A model generated the notes under the pieces. That model ran no database searches, had not been told where the DNA came from, and saw only the letters and a program-made list of their open reading frames with translations. 64,000 nucleotides of DNA from Chiloscyllium plagiosum (Eukaryota), in assembly GCF_004010195.1 (NCBI RefSeq), contig NC_057728.1, positions 46,241,081 through 46,305,080 on the forward strand, given 5' to 3'. Shown here one piece after another: positions 1 to 12,190 of this stretch. A program made the position numbers and the translations under genes. Positions within the stretch are counted from its first letter, which is position 1, and each line of letters starts with the position of its first letter.

Positions 1-345
1 CCTCATTTCCCCTCCCCCCACCTTGTCTCAGTCAAAGCCGTCGAACTCAGCACCGCCTCCCTAACCTGCAATCATCTTCCTGACCTCTCCGCCCCCATCC
101 TACTCCGGCCTATCACCCTCACCTTGACCTCCCTCCACCTATCGCATTTCCAAAGCCCCTCCCCCAAATCCCTCCTCCCTACCTTTTATCTTAGCCTGCT
201 GGACACACTTTCCTCATTCCTGAAGAAGAGTTTGTGCCCGAAACATCGATTCTCCTGTTCCTTGGATGCTGCCTGACCTGCTGCACTTTTCCAGCAACAC
301 ATTTTCAGCTCTGATCTCCAGCATCTGCAGTCCTCACTTTCTCCT
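1..345 (+). mobile_element. Penelope-like element 3' end/pLTR (family A) with degenerate hammerhead core, cut by the window start
   Basis: C-rich UTR, then CTGAAGA-A-GAGT-TTGT-GCCC-GAAACATC (220-248) and tail GGATGCTGCCTGACCTGCTG...CAGCATCTGCAG.CCTCACTTTCTCCT nearly identical to 36053-36185. Confidence 0.85.
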
Positions 346-2189
346 AGAACATTTTATAATTTAACTTGATGATTGCAATATCACCAGCTTCAAAAAGAGG
401 TGTCGTTTTTCAGCAATAGTCAAGTTCTCCACTCCCAACAATTATTTCATTGTTAACATGTTAGTGCTCACACATATATTTCCATCAGCAAATAGAATTT
501 GAACTGAGGATATACACAATAAGTGCAAATGAAGAGAAGCATTTTGAATAAAAGAAGCGAAGCTGCAAATTAATTAAAAGATGAGAATACACTCAAAGAT
601 AACATTTAATTTGAAGAATAGAATAAATCAAGTTAATGGTCATAGTTCTAACTATTCAACGTATCTTATACCTTTGAACCAGGCAGTTTTTCAAAGGAAA
701 TTTCCAATATTCAGATGTTTTTCTGTCCAAGTTTTACTTTCAACATGCTATTTTTTTTCTCTTTACTTACACCCTTTTTACAATGGAACTCTTAACATGT
801 ACATCCCATAACACACTTAAAGGTTATATCATTTATTATCCTTGTTCTTTAGGCACATACCCAAGAGCTATTACAGGTGTATTAAGTTAGGCCTTTACTC
901 CAGGTCAGTCTGGGATATGGAGAAAGATGAGTAAATGGAATTGAGGTACAAATTAGCTGAACTAACTGCAAGGCTGATCATGGGACTCAATGATGCATCA
1001 TCATTACTAGTTGAATTTCTTTTGGGTTGCTTGCAAACGTGTCCATGAAACTCTACACTGGGAGATTCCAGTATTATCTAGACAATCCTAGGTGTGTTCA
1101 TAAGAAAGGACTTTTTTTTTGTATTGAATGTTCAAGCACCAAATAATTATGCTTAATGCACAGACTACTTCAATACTAAGTTCTTACCAGCAATCTGGTT
1201 AAATGATTCCACTTTCACTGAAAAACAAAATTAACATTGAATGATTTCCTCAATAAGGAATGATTAACTGCTGTGGAAAGGTCATTAGCAGTCTTTGTTA
1301 TCAGATCAGCGCACATTGCTTGCTGTTGGTAATAAGCAAATGTACATTTAAACATATTATGTTTCTGACAGGATGCAGAGTATTTAGATAATTCTTCAGA
1401 GAGTTATCTTTTCTAAGTTATTTTCTAAGTGCTGAAATTATTTCAAAATGGTCAAGGTGATCTTAAGCTGAAACTATGGTTTCACCCATGTTTGATGCAA
1501 GGTGCCATTTTGATTTTAAAAAAGTAGAAATTGCATGGGAATGATTGGCCATAGGATCATTCATTAGCTGAATGCTTCTTGAATTGTCTGATAATACAAA
1601 GTAAGGAGCTGTGTGGTATTTTGGTAACTAATATTTTCATGTTTGACCAGCATTTGTCTGACAATGGCCATGAGTTTACGAGTAAACCAGTCAAATAGAG
1701 GATTCGTCAGCTGTTAAATTATCTTCTCTATTCAACTTAATTGTTTGAAGAAGCATGTCAAGCAGCTTTTTGAGGGTACTTAAACAAGACTCGACAAGCA
1801 CCTTGATATTTATTCCAGAAGATTTCTAAGAACTTCAACTACTTATTGGGAACCTTAAAGGAGTCAACAGGAGATAAGGAGTATTTAGTAATCACAATCT
1901 TGCTAAGTGTTCCCTGTGATCTACAAAATGATTTTTTTGTCCTTCTTGGGAGAAGGACATGAGATGAGGTAACACGCCGGTTCCTGCAAAGGAGAGGAAA
2001 AGAACAAAGAGGAGGGTCAGGTGAACGTTTTCCCTTGTGTTGATATAGAATATCACCTTCTTCTCATTATCATCCGTCAGGATCTCTAGTACTATGTTCA
2101 AGACCCTTTGTATCCTGAGTCATGCCAAAATCAAGGCATCCTTCATTTGAAGAGGCTGCTAGAGGCCAGCTATACTACTGCACCAAACA

Positions 2190-2332
2190 AGGAGACATTG
2201 GACTTGTGGTACTAATCTAAAAACTCAGCTAATGATCTGGGGATCTTGGTTTGAATCATAACATGACAGATAATGGAATTGGAATTTAATAAATATCTGG
2301 CATTTAAAATCAAATGATAACTATGAAACCAG
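2190..2332 (+). mobile_element. tRNA-derived SINE 5' fragment (same family as 56860-57198)
   Basis: Degenerate A/B boxes (TGTGGTACTAAT...GGTTTGAATC) followed by GAATTTAATAAATATCTGG; truncated by the Penelope insertion. Confidence 0.55.
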
Positions 2333-3040
2333 TTCTTTAACATGTAAGTCCCAGAACTTCTTTTAAGTCACATCCTCAAGATAACTTGAGGTTTTCTAAC
2401 AAAGAGTGATATCTCAGCTCAAACAATGCATTAAAGGTGTGAGGTTAGAGTCTGTCTGTATCCCAATCTTGAGTCAGACTGGTTCTATTTCCAAAGTGGA
2501 ATTTGCAAAATATTACATGGATTGACTGTCTGCAGATTTGTGCATTTTTTGAGCAAAATAGAATGTATGTGCAAAATATAATTGTGCAAATACAAAGTTA
2601 TCCCATAAACTTAAGTGTGTGCACATGCAGGAGAGAGAAACAGTGAGTGCATGCATGTGAGTGTGAGTGCATGTGAGAGCGTGTGTGTTTGTGTGTGTGC
2701 TTGCTTGGTTATGTGTGTGTGTGTGTGTGTGTAATGAGATATACACCTGTGAGAGGGTGCGTGCTTGCGGGGGTGTGAGTGTGGGGGGTGTATGTGTGCG
2801 TATGAGAGAAGGTCTGCGTGAGTGTGCGATCATGTAAGAGTGTGGGTGTGTGTCAGAGAGTGTATAGTGCAGCGGGGCCAATGTAGTGGGACATAAACCC
2901 AAGGTCCTGGTTGAGACCATCCCCATGGGTACCGAACTTGGCTATCAGCCTCTGCTCGACCTCTGCCTGACCAGAAGTCTGCCTTGGAAGATGGTCACCT
3001 GAAGATCCGAGGCTGAATGTCCCTGACTGCTGAAGTGTTC
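2333..3040 (-). mobile_element. Penelope-like retroelement 3' fragment: GIY-YIG endonuclease C-terminus plus CA-rich 3' UTR
   Basis: Minus strand 3040-2880 translates, with one frameshift, to EHFSSQGHSASDLQVTIFQG...VEQRLIAKFGTHGDGLNQDLGFMSHY, typical of the PLE GIY-YIG C-terminus. Confidence 0.85.
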
Positions 3041-3182
3041 AATATAACATTTCAGCTGCATGAGACTGTGTAATCTTTTGCTATAAATTTCATCTTATGG
3101 TCCTGCTTCACAACCACCTGATGAAGAAGTGCTTCCAAATAAACCTGCTGGATTATAACCTGGTATTGCGTGATTTTTAACT
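3041..3182 (+). mobile_element. Inverted pLTR of the same Penelope element (family B), hammerhead internally deleted
   Basis: CAACCACCTGATGAAG joined directly to AGTGCTTCCAAATAAACCTG...GATTTTTAACT, matching the reverse complement of 20047-20130. Confidence 0.75.
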
Positions 3183-3184
3183 CT

Positions 3185-5078
3185 AGATTGGGCATCTATG
3201 AGACACTGTAGATCACAAACAGCTGCTGAATCACATTTCAACCCATATCTAGGCATATTCCCCACTCAACTATTAACATCAAGCCAGGGATCAACCCTGG
3301 TTCAATGGAGAGAGAAGGAGGGCATGCCAGGAACAGTAACAGGCTTACATAAAAATCAGGTGTCAATCTGGTAAAGACCACAAGCAGGGCGTACTTGCAT
3401 GCCAAACAGCATAAGCAGCAAGCAATAGATAGAGCTAAGCAATCCCATAATCAACAGATCAGGTATAAGTTCTGCACTCCTGCAGCATCCAGTCATGAAT
3501 GGCGGTGGACAATTAAAAACCTCACTGGTAGAGGAGGCTCCACAAATATCCCCATCGACAAGAGTGTATCAGCCCAAACCATCAGTGCAAATGATAAGGC
3601 TGAAGAATTCACCATAATTTTCAGCCAGGCGTGTCATGTGGATGATATCTTGGCCTCCTCCAGTAGTCCCTAGCTATACAGGTACCAGTCTTCAGTCACC
3701 CCACATGATATCAACAAACAGTTGGAAGCACTGGATAGTGCAAAGGCAATGGGCCCTCACAATATTCAGCAATAGTCCCAAAGACCTGTGCTCCAAAATG
3801 TGCCACCCCCTTTGTCAAGCTGTTGCAGTACAGTAACAACACTGGAATCTATCCAACTATGTGAAAATTGCCCATAAATGGCCTGTACACAAAGCAGAAC
3901 AAGTCCAAAAGGCCAATTACCACCCATCAAACTACTCTCGTTCATCAATAAAGTGATGCAAGTTTCTTTAACAGTGCTATCAAGCAGCACCTGTTCAGCA
4001 ACAATCTGTTCACTAGCCGCCATTTTGGGCTTGCCAGGACCATTCAGCTCCTGACCTCATTACGGCCTTGGTTGAAACTTAGACAAAAGAGCTATATTGC
4101 ATAGGGGAGGTGAGAGTGACAACTGTTGACATCAAGGCTGCTTTTGAGCAAGTGTGTCATCAAGGAGCTCCAGTAAAACTGGAATCAATGGGTATTGGTG
4201 GCAAAGTCTCCACTCATTGGAGTCATACCTGGCACATAGAAAGATGGGATTGTGGTTGCTGGAGATCAGTCATCTTAGCTCCAGGAGTTCCTCAGAATAA
4301 TGTCCTCGGCCCAACCATCTTCAGTTGCTTCATTATGATGTTCCCTCCATCATAAGGTGAGACGTGGGGATGTTTGTTGATGATTGGACAGTGGTCAACT
4401 CCATTTATGACCATTTAAAGACTGCAACAGTTCATGTTCAAATGTGAGAAGACCTGGTTATGACTATCTCCAATAAGAGATAATATAACAACTGCGCTTT
4501 GAAATACAGTGGCAATACTATCACTGAATCCCCAACATCAACATGCTGGTGATTACAATTGACCCAGAAACTTGACTGGACAATTGACCCAGAAACTTAA
4601 CTGGACTCACTATATAAATACAACGGCTACAAAATCAGGTCAAAGGCGAGGTATACGGCCAATTTTCTATAGCCTGTCCATCATTTACAAGTCACAAATC
4701 AGGAGTATGATGGATTATTCCTCACTTACCTAGATTGGTGCAGCTCCAACAACACTCAAGGAGCAAGAACTCAGGACAAAAATCCTCAAATGCCACCTTT
4801 CAGAACCCACCAACTTCTATTTATGAAGAGAAGGGTAACAGATACATAGAATGCCACCACTTGCCAGTTTCTTTCTAAGCCCTCACAATCCTGGCCTGGA
4901 AATATATCACTGTTCCTTCAGTGTTGATGGTCAAAATCCTGAAATTCCCTCCCTGAGGGTCAACCCACAGCACATGGACTGCAGCAGTTCAAGTTCACCA
5001 ACACCTACTCAAGGGCAACTAGGCAATAAATGCTGGCCAGCCTGTAATATCCACTTGTGATGAGAGAATAAAAGAAAC
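3185..5078 (+). mobile_element. Decayed non-LTR retrotransposon ('LINE-A', CR1/L2/Jockey-group RT), 3' half
   Basis: ORF fragments VDIKAAFEQVCHQG and GVPQNNVLGPTIFSCFI (RT motifs); 3' tail GGGCAACTAGGCAATAAATGCTGGCCAGC...GAATAAAA. Confidence 0.85.
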
Positions 5079-5267
5079 AATATCTGAGTGACAAACCTTC
5101 CAGTAGCAACTTAAGCTAAGTCAATTTCAAATTATGGTTATTAACAATTGAGACTAAAATTGTATGCAAAAATTAGAGATTCACACTGGAGTCTATCTTA
5201 TTAACACAGAATCCATTTCGGGCCCATTTACATCTTTTCACCAAATTTACCCTCGTATTTACTTTTA

Positions 5268-5584
5268 TTAGATTCCCTACAATGTGGAACAGGCCATTCA
5301 GTCCTACAAGTTCACACTGACCCTCCAAAAAGTAACCCACTCTGACCTGTTCCCCTACCTTATATCAACCCCTGTCAAATGCACCTAACACTATGGGCAA
5401 TTTAGCATGGCCAATTCACCTAACCTGCACATCTTTGGACTGTGGGAGGAAACCAGAGCACCTAGAGAAAACCCATGCAGATGCAGGGAGAATGTGCAAA
5501 CTCCACACAGACAGTCACCTGAGGCTGGAATCAAACTTGGGTCCCTGGTGCTGTGAGGCAGCAGTGCTAACCACTGTGCCACCC
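5268..5584 (-). mobile_element. HE1-like tRNA-derived V-SINE, full length
   Basis: Reverse complement starts GGTGGCACAGTGGTTAGCACTGCTGCCTCACAGC (tRNA head), has V-domain CCCACAGTCCAAAGATGTGCAGG and CR1-like tail GGCCTGTTCCACATTGTAGGGAATCTAA. Confidence 0.9.
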
Positions 5585-5603
5585 CGATAGTTACTGGTCG
5601 TAA

Positions 5604-6050
5604 TTTTTATCTCATCGCTTCATGGAATGTAGGTTTGCTGTCAAAGGCAGCATTCACTTCCCGACCCTATATGCCATAGAGAATGTGGAGAGAGGTGCCA
5701 TCTTGAACCATGCAATCTGTGTGGCATTGGTATATCCACAATGCTGTTATGGAGAACTATCAATGATAGTGAAGGAATGGCATTACGAGTTTGATTTCAG
5801 GATAGTGTGTAACTTGCAAATCAGATGCTTCCTTGCAAATGATGACGGTCATATGTACCGTGTATTTACTGCTCTTGTCCTTCTAAGTGGTAGATATTGC
5901 AGGTTAAGAAGGCACTATTGAGGGAATCTTGCCAACGTATTGCAGTGCATCTTGTCAGCAGTATACACTCCTGCCACTGTGAACCAGTGTTGGAGAGCAT
6001 GAAGGTTTAAAGTGATGGATAGATGGTAAATTAGGATGTTATTTTACTTA
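5604..6050 (-). mobile_element. LINE-A 3' fragment (old)
   Basis: Reverse complement resembles 4750-5075 and 17550-17800. Confidence 0.6.
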
Positions 6051-6099
6051 GGTGTTCTTTCAAATAACTAGGAAAGCAAACTTCTAACATATTGTTGTT

Positions 6100-9000
6100 C
6101 CAGCAGCAGGAAGTTCGGGAGCGCTGAGCAGGTGGCTGTCAGAGAGGTCACGAGGTTACATATTTGGGCGGTTGCTTTACCTGAAACACTACCGGGTAGT
6201 GTCTCCCACCCATCCTCCTCCTCTAACCAAAAAAAAATTCTGAGCATTGGTTGGTAAGATGGTAAGTGTTTTCTTTCATGTTTCATTTTTTCAGCAGTCT
6301 ATTTGTGAATTTAGAATAGTGGGAATGGTGGTCAGGGCAGTTGAATGTTCCTCCTGCTGTATGTGGGAGATTAGGATCACCTTTACTGTCCCTGCTGACT
6401 TCATTTGTGGGAAGTGCACCCAACTCCAGCTCCTCGCGAACTGTGTTAGTGAACTGAAGCTGGAGCTGGATGAACTTCGAATGATTCAGGAGGAGGAGGG
6501 GGTTATTGACAGTTACAGGGAGGTAGTTACTCCACGGCCACGTGAAGGAGGGAGATGGGTTACTGTCAGGGGTAGGAAAAGAAACCAGCAGGCAGTGCAG
6601 GGATCTCCTATAGTGGTTCTCCTCAACAACAAGTATACTGTTTTGAATACTGTTGAGGGAGACGACTTACCAGGGGTAAGCAATTGGGCACAGGTCTCTG
6701 GCACAGAATCTGTTCCTATTGCTCAGAGGGGAAGGGAGAAGAGGAGCAGAGCTTTAGTCATTGGGGACTCCACAGTTAGGGGGACAAATAGAAGGTTTTG
6801 TGGGAATGACAGAGACTCACAATTGGTGTGTTGCCTCCCACGTGCCTGGGTTTGTGATGTCACTGATCGTGTTTTTGGGATCCTTAAGGGAGAGGGGGTG
6901 CAACACCAAGTCGTGGTCCACATAGGCACCAATGACATAGGTAGGTCGAAAGGTGGGGATTTAAGGCAGAAATTCAGGGAGCTAGGGTGGAAGCTTAGAG
7001 CTAGAACAAACAGAGTTATTATCTCTGGTTTGTTGCCCGTGCAACGTGCTAGTAAAGTGAGGTTGAGGGTAGTGAGGTCAGGGATAGGTTTACAAGGTTA
7101 TGAGAGGGCACCGGCAATCAGGATATTGGTTTGCAATGTGTGTACTTCAATGCCAGGAACATCCAGAATAAGGTGGGGATTGCAGCAGGGATTGGGACCT
7201 GGGATTCCAATGTTGTGGCCATTTCAGAGACATGGCTAGAGGAGGGACAGGAATGGTTGTTGCAGATTCCAGGATTTAGATGTTTCAGTAAGAACAGAGA
7301 TGATGGTAAAAGTTGGGGGTGTTGGGGGGGTTGCAGGTGGCATTGTTAATCAAAGGTAGTATTACAACAGCTGGGAGAACATTTGAGGACTCATCCATTG
7401 AGGTAGCTTGGGCTAAGGTTAGATATAGGAAAGGAGAGGTCACCCTGTTTGGAGTTTTCTATAGCCTCCAAATTGTTTCAGGGATGTAGTGGAAAGGATA
7501 GCAAAGATAGGAGCGAGAGTAACAGGGTAATTGTTGTGGGGGACTTTAACTTCCCCAATATTGACTGGGAAGACTGTAGTTCAAGTAGTTTAGATGGGTC
7601 AGTTTTTGTTCAATGTGTGCAGGAGGGTTTCCTGATGCAGTAAGTAGACGGGCCAACAAGGGGCGAAGCCATATTGGTTTTGGTACTGGGTAATGAACCC
7701 GGCCAGGTGTTACATTTGGAGGTAGGTGAGCACTTTGGCAATAGTGATCATAATTCAGTTATGTTTACAATAGCAATGGGTAGGGATAGGTATTTACCAC
7801 AGGAAAAGAGGTATAACTGGGGGAAAGGCAATTATGATGCACTTAGGCAGCACTGAGGATGCATAGGATGGGGAAGAAAACTGCAAGGGATGGACACACT
7901 TGAAATGTGGAGCTCATTCAAGGAACAGCTACTGCAGATCTTTGATAAATACATACCTATCAGGTAGGGAGGTAGTTGTCGAGAGAAGGAGCCATGCTTT
8001 ACTAAAGAAGATGAAGCTCTTGTCAAGAGGAAGAAGAAGGTTTATGTGAGGATGAGGCATGAGGCTCAGTTAGGGCAGTTGAGAGTTATAAGTTAGCCAG
8101 AAAAGATCTAAAGAGAGGGTTAAAAAAGAGCCAGGAGAGGACTTGAGAAGTTGTTAGTGGATAGGATAAAGGAAAACCCTAAGGTCTTCTATAGGTATAT
8201 CAGGAATAAAATAATGACCAGAGTAAGATTAGGACCAACCAAGTGCAAAGTTGTGCGTGAAACCTAAGGACATGGGGGAAGCGCATAATGAATACTTTTC
8301 ATCAGTATTCACATTGGAAAAAGACAATGTTAGTGAGATTACAGAGATACAGGCTGCAAGATGAGATGGGATTGAGGTTGACAAAGGCATAGTTTTGGCA
8401 ATTTTGGAAGATCTGAAAATAGATGGGCCGGATGAGAATAATCCTCAGATTCTCTGGGAAGCCTGGGAGGAGATTGCAGAACCTTGGGTTTCAATCTTTA
8501 TGTCAACATTGTCAACAGGAGTAGTGCCAGAAGATTGGAGGATAGCAAATGTTGTTCCCTTGTTTAAAAATGGGGGTCGGGACAATTCTGATAATTATAG
8601 ACCAGTGAGCCTTACTTATGTTGTGGGTAAGGTGTTGGAAAAGGTTATAAGAGATTGGAAAAGAATAATTCGATTAGGGATAGTCAACATGATTTTGTGA
8701 AGAGTGGGTCATGACTCACTAACCTTATTGAGTTCTTTGAGAAGGTGACAAAAAAGGTGGATGTGGTGTATGTGGACTTTAATAAGGTGTTTGATAAGGT
8801 TCCACATGGTAGGCTATTGGACAAAATATGGAGTTTCAGGATTGAAGGTGACTTAGCAGAGTACTGGGCTAATGGTAAAATTCTTGGCAGGGTTGATGAA
8901 CAGAGAGATCTCGGTGTCCAGGTACACATATCCCTGAAAGTTGCAATCCAGGTTGATAGGGTTGTTAAGAAGGCATATGGTGTGTTGGCATTTATTCATA

Positions 9001-9591
9001 GGGGAATTGGGTTTCAGAGCCACGAGGTCATTCTTCAGCTGTACAAGACACTGGTAAGGCCACACTTGGAGAATTGCGTGCAGTTCTGGTCACCGCATTA
9101 TAGGAAGGATGTGGAAGTTTTGGAAAGGGTTCAGAGGAGATTTACTAGGATGTTGCCTGGTATGGAAGGAAGGTCTTATGAGGAACGGCTGAGGGAACTG
9201 AGGCTGTTTTCATTGGAGAGAATAAGGTTGAGAGGTGACTTTAATCGAGATGTATAAGATAATCAGAGGGTTAGATAGGGTGGACAGAAGGAGCCGTCTA
9301 CCTTGGATGGTGAAGGCTAACATGAGGGGACATAGCTTTCAATTGAGGGTGATAGATTTAGGACAGATATTAGGGGTAGTTTCCTCACTCAGAGTAGTAG
9401 GGGCATGGAACGGCCTGCCTGCAATAGTAGCAATATTAAGCTATTTAAATGGGCATTGGACAAACATATGGAAAATAATGGAACAGTGTAAGTTAGATGG
9501 GCATCAGATTATTTTCACAGGTTGGCGCAACATCGAGGGCCAAAGGGCCTGTACTGCATTGTAATCTTCTATCTTCTCTGTTCTATATTCT
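6100..9591 (+). mobile_element. CR1-clade LINE (HER1-like), near full span with internal deletions
   Basis: 5' UTR, ORF1, APE motifs (VAISETWL, VVGDFNFPNIDW, SDHNSV), RT motifs (WRIANVVPLFK, NYRPVSLT, YVDFNKVFDKVPH, YKTLVRPHLE), 3' tail GGGCCAAAGGGCCTGT...(TTCTAT)n. Confidence 0.95.
6325..7060 (+). pseudogene. CR1 ORF1p: N-terminal Cys zinc motif, coiled coil, SGNH/GDSL esterase domain, C-terminally deleted
   Basis: Within ORF 6247-7239: CSSCCMWE...CGKC, LELDELR coiled coil, LVIGDSTVRG (block I), VHIGTNDIG (block III); no DGLH block V. Confidence 0.85.
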
Positions 9592-9779
9592 AATTCAGTG
9601 AATGATTTATTGATTGATTTAAAGAGCTTGTCAGTGGTCATTTCTCACCAAATAATGCATTTCCAGTATTGGCTGCCCCTTTTCTGTCAACATGCCCTTG
9701 AGCCAAAGAATCATCATTCTTTTGGCACATTGTGCGCTGCTTTCGTGTAACAAATACACATTCTCTGGCCTCAGGGACA

Positions 9780-10056
9780 TTTCTTATCTCTGTAATCTCT
9801 TATTATTACTTGCTTTTGTCACATAATGGCCACACCTGTCCCTTAATCATTTCCTATCATACACCTAATCCCAGATTGATTTGTCTCACTCTTCCTCCTA
9901 TTTTTACCATGGCTGTTTCTCCATTATAAATTGTTCATCAGCAACATCCCTTGGTTCTGACTAAATGTCATTGGCCACAACTCTAACATGGCCTTCCTTT
10001 CTCCACGTGTGCGCCTGGACCTGCCAACTATTTCCAGCATTCTCTGCTTTTATTTT
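9780..10056 (+). mobile_element. Highly decayed Penelope-type pLTR
   Basis: Ends GCCTGGACCTGCCAACTATTTCCAGCATTCTCTGCTTTTATT like the other pLTR tails; GTTCTGACTAA at the expected hammerhead position. Confidence 0.45.
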
Positions 10057-10299
10057 GCGAGATCACATTGCCTTCTACATCTAGAAACTGGCAGGCCATT
10101 CACTGCTGTCAGAGCAAACTTCAGATTTCTTTTAATAACAGTAATCAGTTACTTTGAGGTCAGAGATGTTTGTGTTCATGAGCAACCTCTCGAAGTCCAT
10201 TTTGATGAGCAAACTCTCTAACGTTCCACCAAAAACATAAACCAGAAAGCATTCGGCCCTGGATCTTTACCCTGAGAGCAAGGCAAAAGGCGAAGAGGG

Positions 10300-10512
10300 T
10301 ATAGTGATTGGAACTGGGTGCATCTCATTTACTATGAGATGTTTGATGGGGTTGTTAACCCGGGAGCCCTGGCTGACAGATATAAACAGAGGATTCAGAA
10401 TCTCCTCACTTCAGGGACTGACTCTGAACTAGCTGGCCACAGCCAGTGTACTATGCACAAGTAAATAAGGGTGATTTGGTGATAGGATACTAGCCTCTGT
10501 GCAGTTATTTCA
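10300..10512 (+). mobile_element. Gypsy solo LTR (related subfamily)
   Basis: GGGAGCCCTGGCTGACAGATATAAA and GTAAATAAGGGTGA...GCCTCTGTGCAGTTATTTCA shared with 23518, 29406 and 62256. Confidence 0.8.
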
Positions 10513-11190
10513 GTGTCTATATAAATTTATATTGCCACCCAATGCGTCAGTTTCCTCACATCTTTCTGCCCCAAGGCCATCTGGGAAGCAGGCCAAAGAC
10601 CATTTTCCAGGAGACAGGATGAGGACCATTTTCCGGAAGGCAAGATGGGAAGGCAATGGCACTCCCCACCCACAACTGGTTGGAGGTGCTATGACTCCTT
10701 TGATGGGATGAGCAGAATTACCACCCTACACTGGACCTGATGGGAAGGGATATCAGAAGGTTGCAAAGACTCCTTTAAGTTTTAAATGAAACTGAGCCTT
10801 TTCACATCTGGAACCTCACACTTTCCTCTTCAAAACCTCTTCAAAATTGCAACTGGATTCATTTGCTTCCACCTCCTCTACCATTCAATTAGATCATGAC
10901 GGGTGTGCATCTTAACTCAGTTTATAAACGATGGTTCCATAGTTCCAGAATACCCTGAGCTAACAAATGTTCAGTTGACCATGTTTCAAAGTTTATTTGG
11001 GGAGTGAGCTCAAAATTGCCACAAACATTTTTGTGTGAGCAAGTGTCTTGTCATATCAATTCTGAATGACGTGATTCACTTCCTAAATCAAGAGTATTGC
11101 AAGGTTAAAAACCAAAGTATGATTCTCTTCTTTCTCAAAAAAACTTGGAGCTTAAATTTTCTAATGTCCATGCTGCTATTTTTCTTTATG

Positions 11191-11491
11191 TAAAAACAAG
11201 GGCTGCAGATGCTGGAAACCAGATTCTAGATTAGAGTGGCGCGTTGCTTGGATAAAATAAAAATAGCAGGTTCTAGATTAGAGTGGTACTGGAAAAGCAC
11301 AGCAGTTCAGGCAGCATCCGAGGAGCAGGAAAGTTGATGTTTTGGGCAAAGACCCTTCATCAGGAATAGAGCAATAGATCAGGAATAAAGTCTATTCCTG
11401 ATGAAGGGCTTTTGCCCGAAATGTTAATTTTCCTGCTCCTCGGATGCTGCCTGAACTGCTGTGCTTTTCCAGTACCACTCTAATCGAGAAC
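11191..11491. mobile_element. Palindromic non-autonomous Penelope-derived element with two back-to-back hammerhead cores (family A)
   Basis: Inverted arms 11236-11370 / 11391-11525; CTGATGA-A-GGGC-TTTT-GCCC-GAAATGTT at 11398; imperfect TSD CTGCTATTTTT(C/AT)TTTAT at 11173-11189 and 11492-11509. Confidence 0.9.
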
Positions 11492-12079
11492 CTGCTATTT
11501 TTATTTTATCCAAGCAACGCGCCACACACTATGTTTAATGTTTGTACAGATTAATACTTGGTTAATATTTTGGCTTGTGAATCAAAGTTTCTGTTCAATC
11601 TTTCTTCCTGATTCTGATTGATGGTCATAAAAGTAACTTGTATGAGTGAGTTTGTCTGAAATATTACATTATTTTTGCAACAGAATCAGGTCTATTCCCA
11701 ATAGTGCACTTAATCAGAATTGGCTTTAGCTAAAACGATTAACAACCTTTTGAAGGAAATATATTACAGGACTTACATGACATGCTCGCCAGGTAGGTTC
11801 TTCTGTTAATAAATCTTGCCAGACCTTGATTTATTTTATATTCATCTGCTCCTCAGTGACAGGTACAAGATGAGTTTACCAAAGAAGGTATGTGAGACAC
11901 TTAGCTCATCACTGCCAGATGGTAACATGAGAGTCTGCTAATTAGTACTTCTATTGTCAACAGCCAGGAGTGTGTGCTCTGAGAGTGGAGCAGGCACTGC
12001 ACACAGTCGCTGCAGCCTCCTCTTTTTCTTCACGTCTGAAGGTGTAATACCCATTGTATTCACTTTGGATAAACTCGAC

Positions 12080-12190
12080 TTAGATTTAAAAATTAGAATT
12101 GGAATTAGAATTATTCTCATGTGTACTTGTCTAGAAATACATGGATACAGTGAAAAGTGTACAAAATTGCCATTCTCCAGTGCTATCTTG
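12080..12190 (-). mobile_element. Rex1/Babar-like 3' tail fragment
   Basis: (TTAGAA)n-like repeat then TCATGTGTAC...GATACAGTGAAAAGT, as at 49345-49390 and 62545-62600. Confidence 0.45.

Noticed and set aside
2513..2926. 137-aa His/Thr-rich ORF
   Set aside because: Translation of the (CA)n-rich Penelope 3' UTR; low-complexity artefact
4555..4604. 25-bp tandem duplication ACAATTGACCCAGAAACTT(G/A)ACTGG
   Set aside because: Two units with no spacer inside a dead LINE; ordinary slippage, not CRISPR-like
5391..5590. Overlapping ORFs MAQWLALLPHS / MGNLAWPIHL, recurring at 35139 and 58569
   Set aside because: Translations of the HE1-like SINE
11236..11525. Palindromes (also 53266-53451, 55037-55176) read as MITEs or as miRNA genes
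   Set aside because: Long TSDs, unequal arm extents and homology to GIY-YIG-linked pLTRs indicate retroelement origin; no evidence for a defined miRNA
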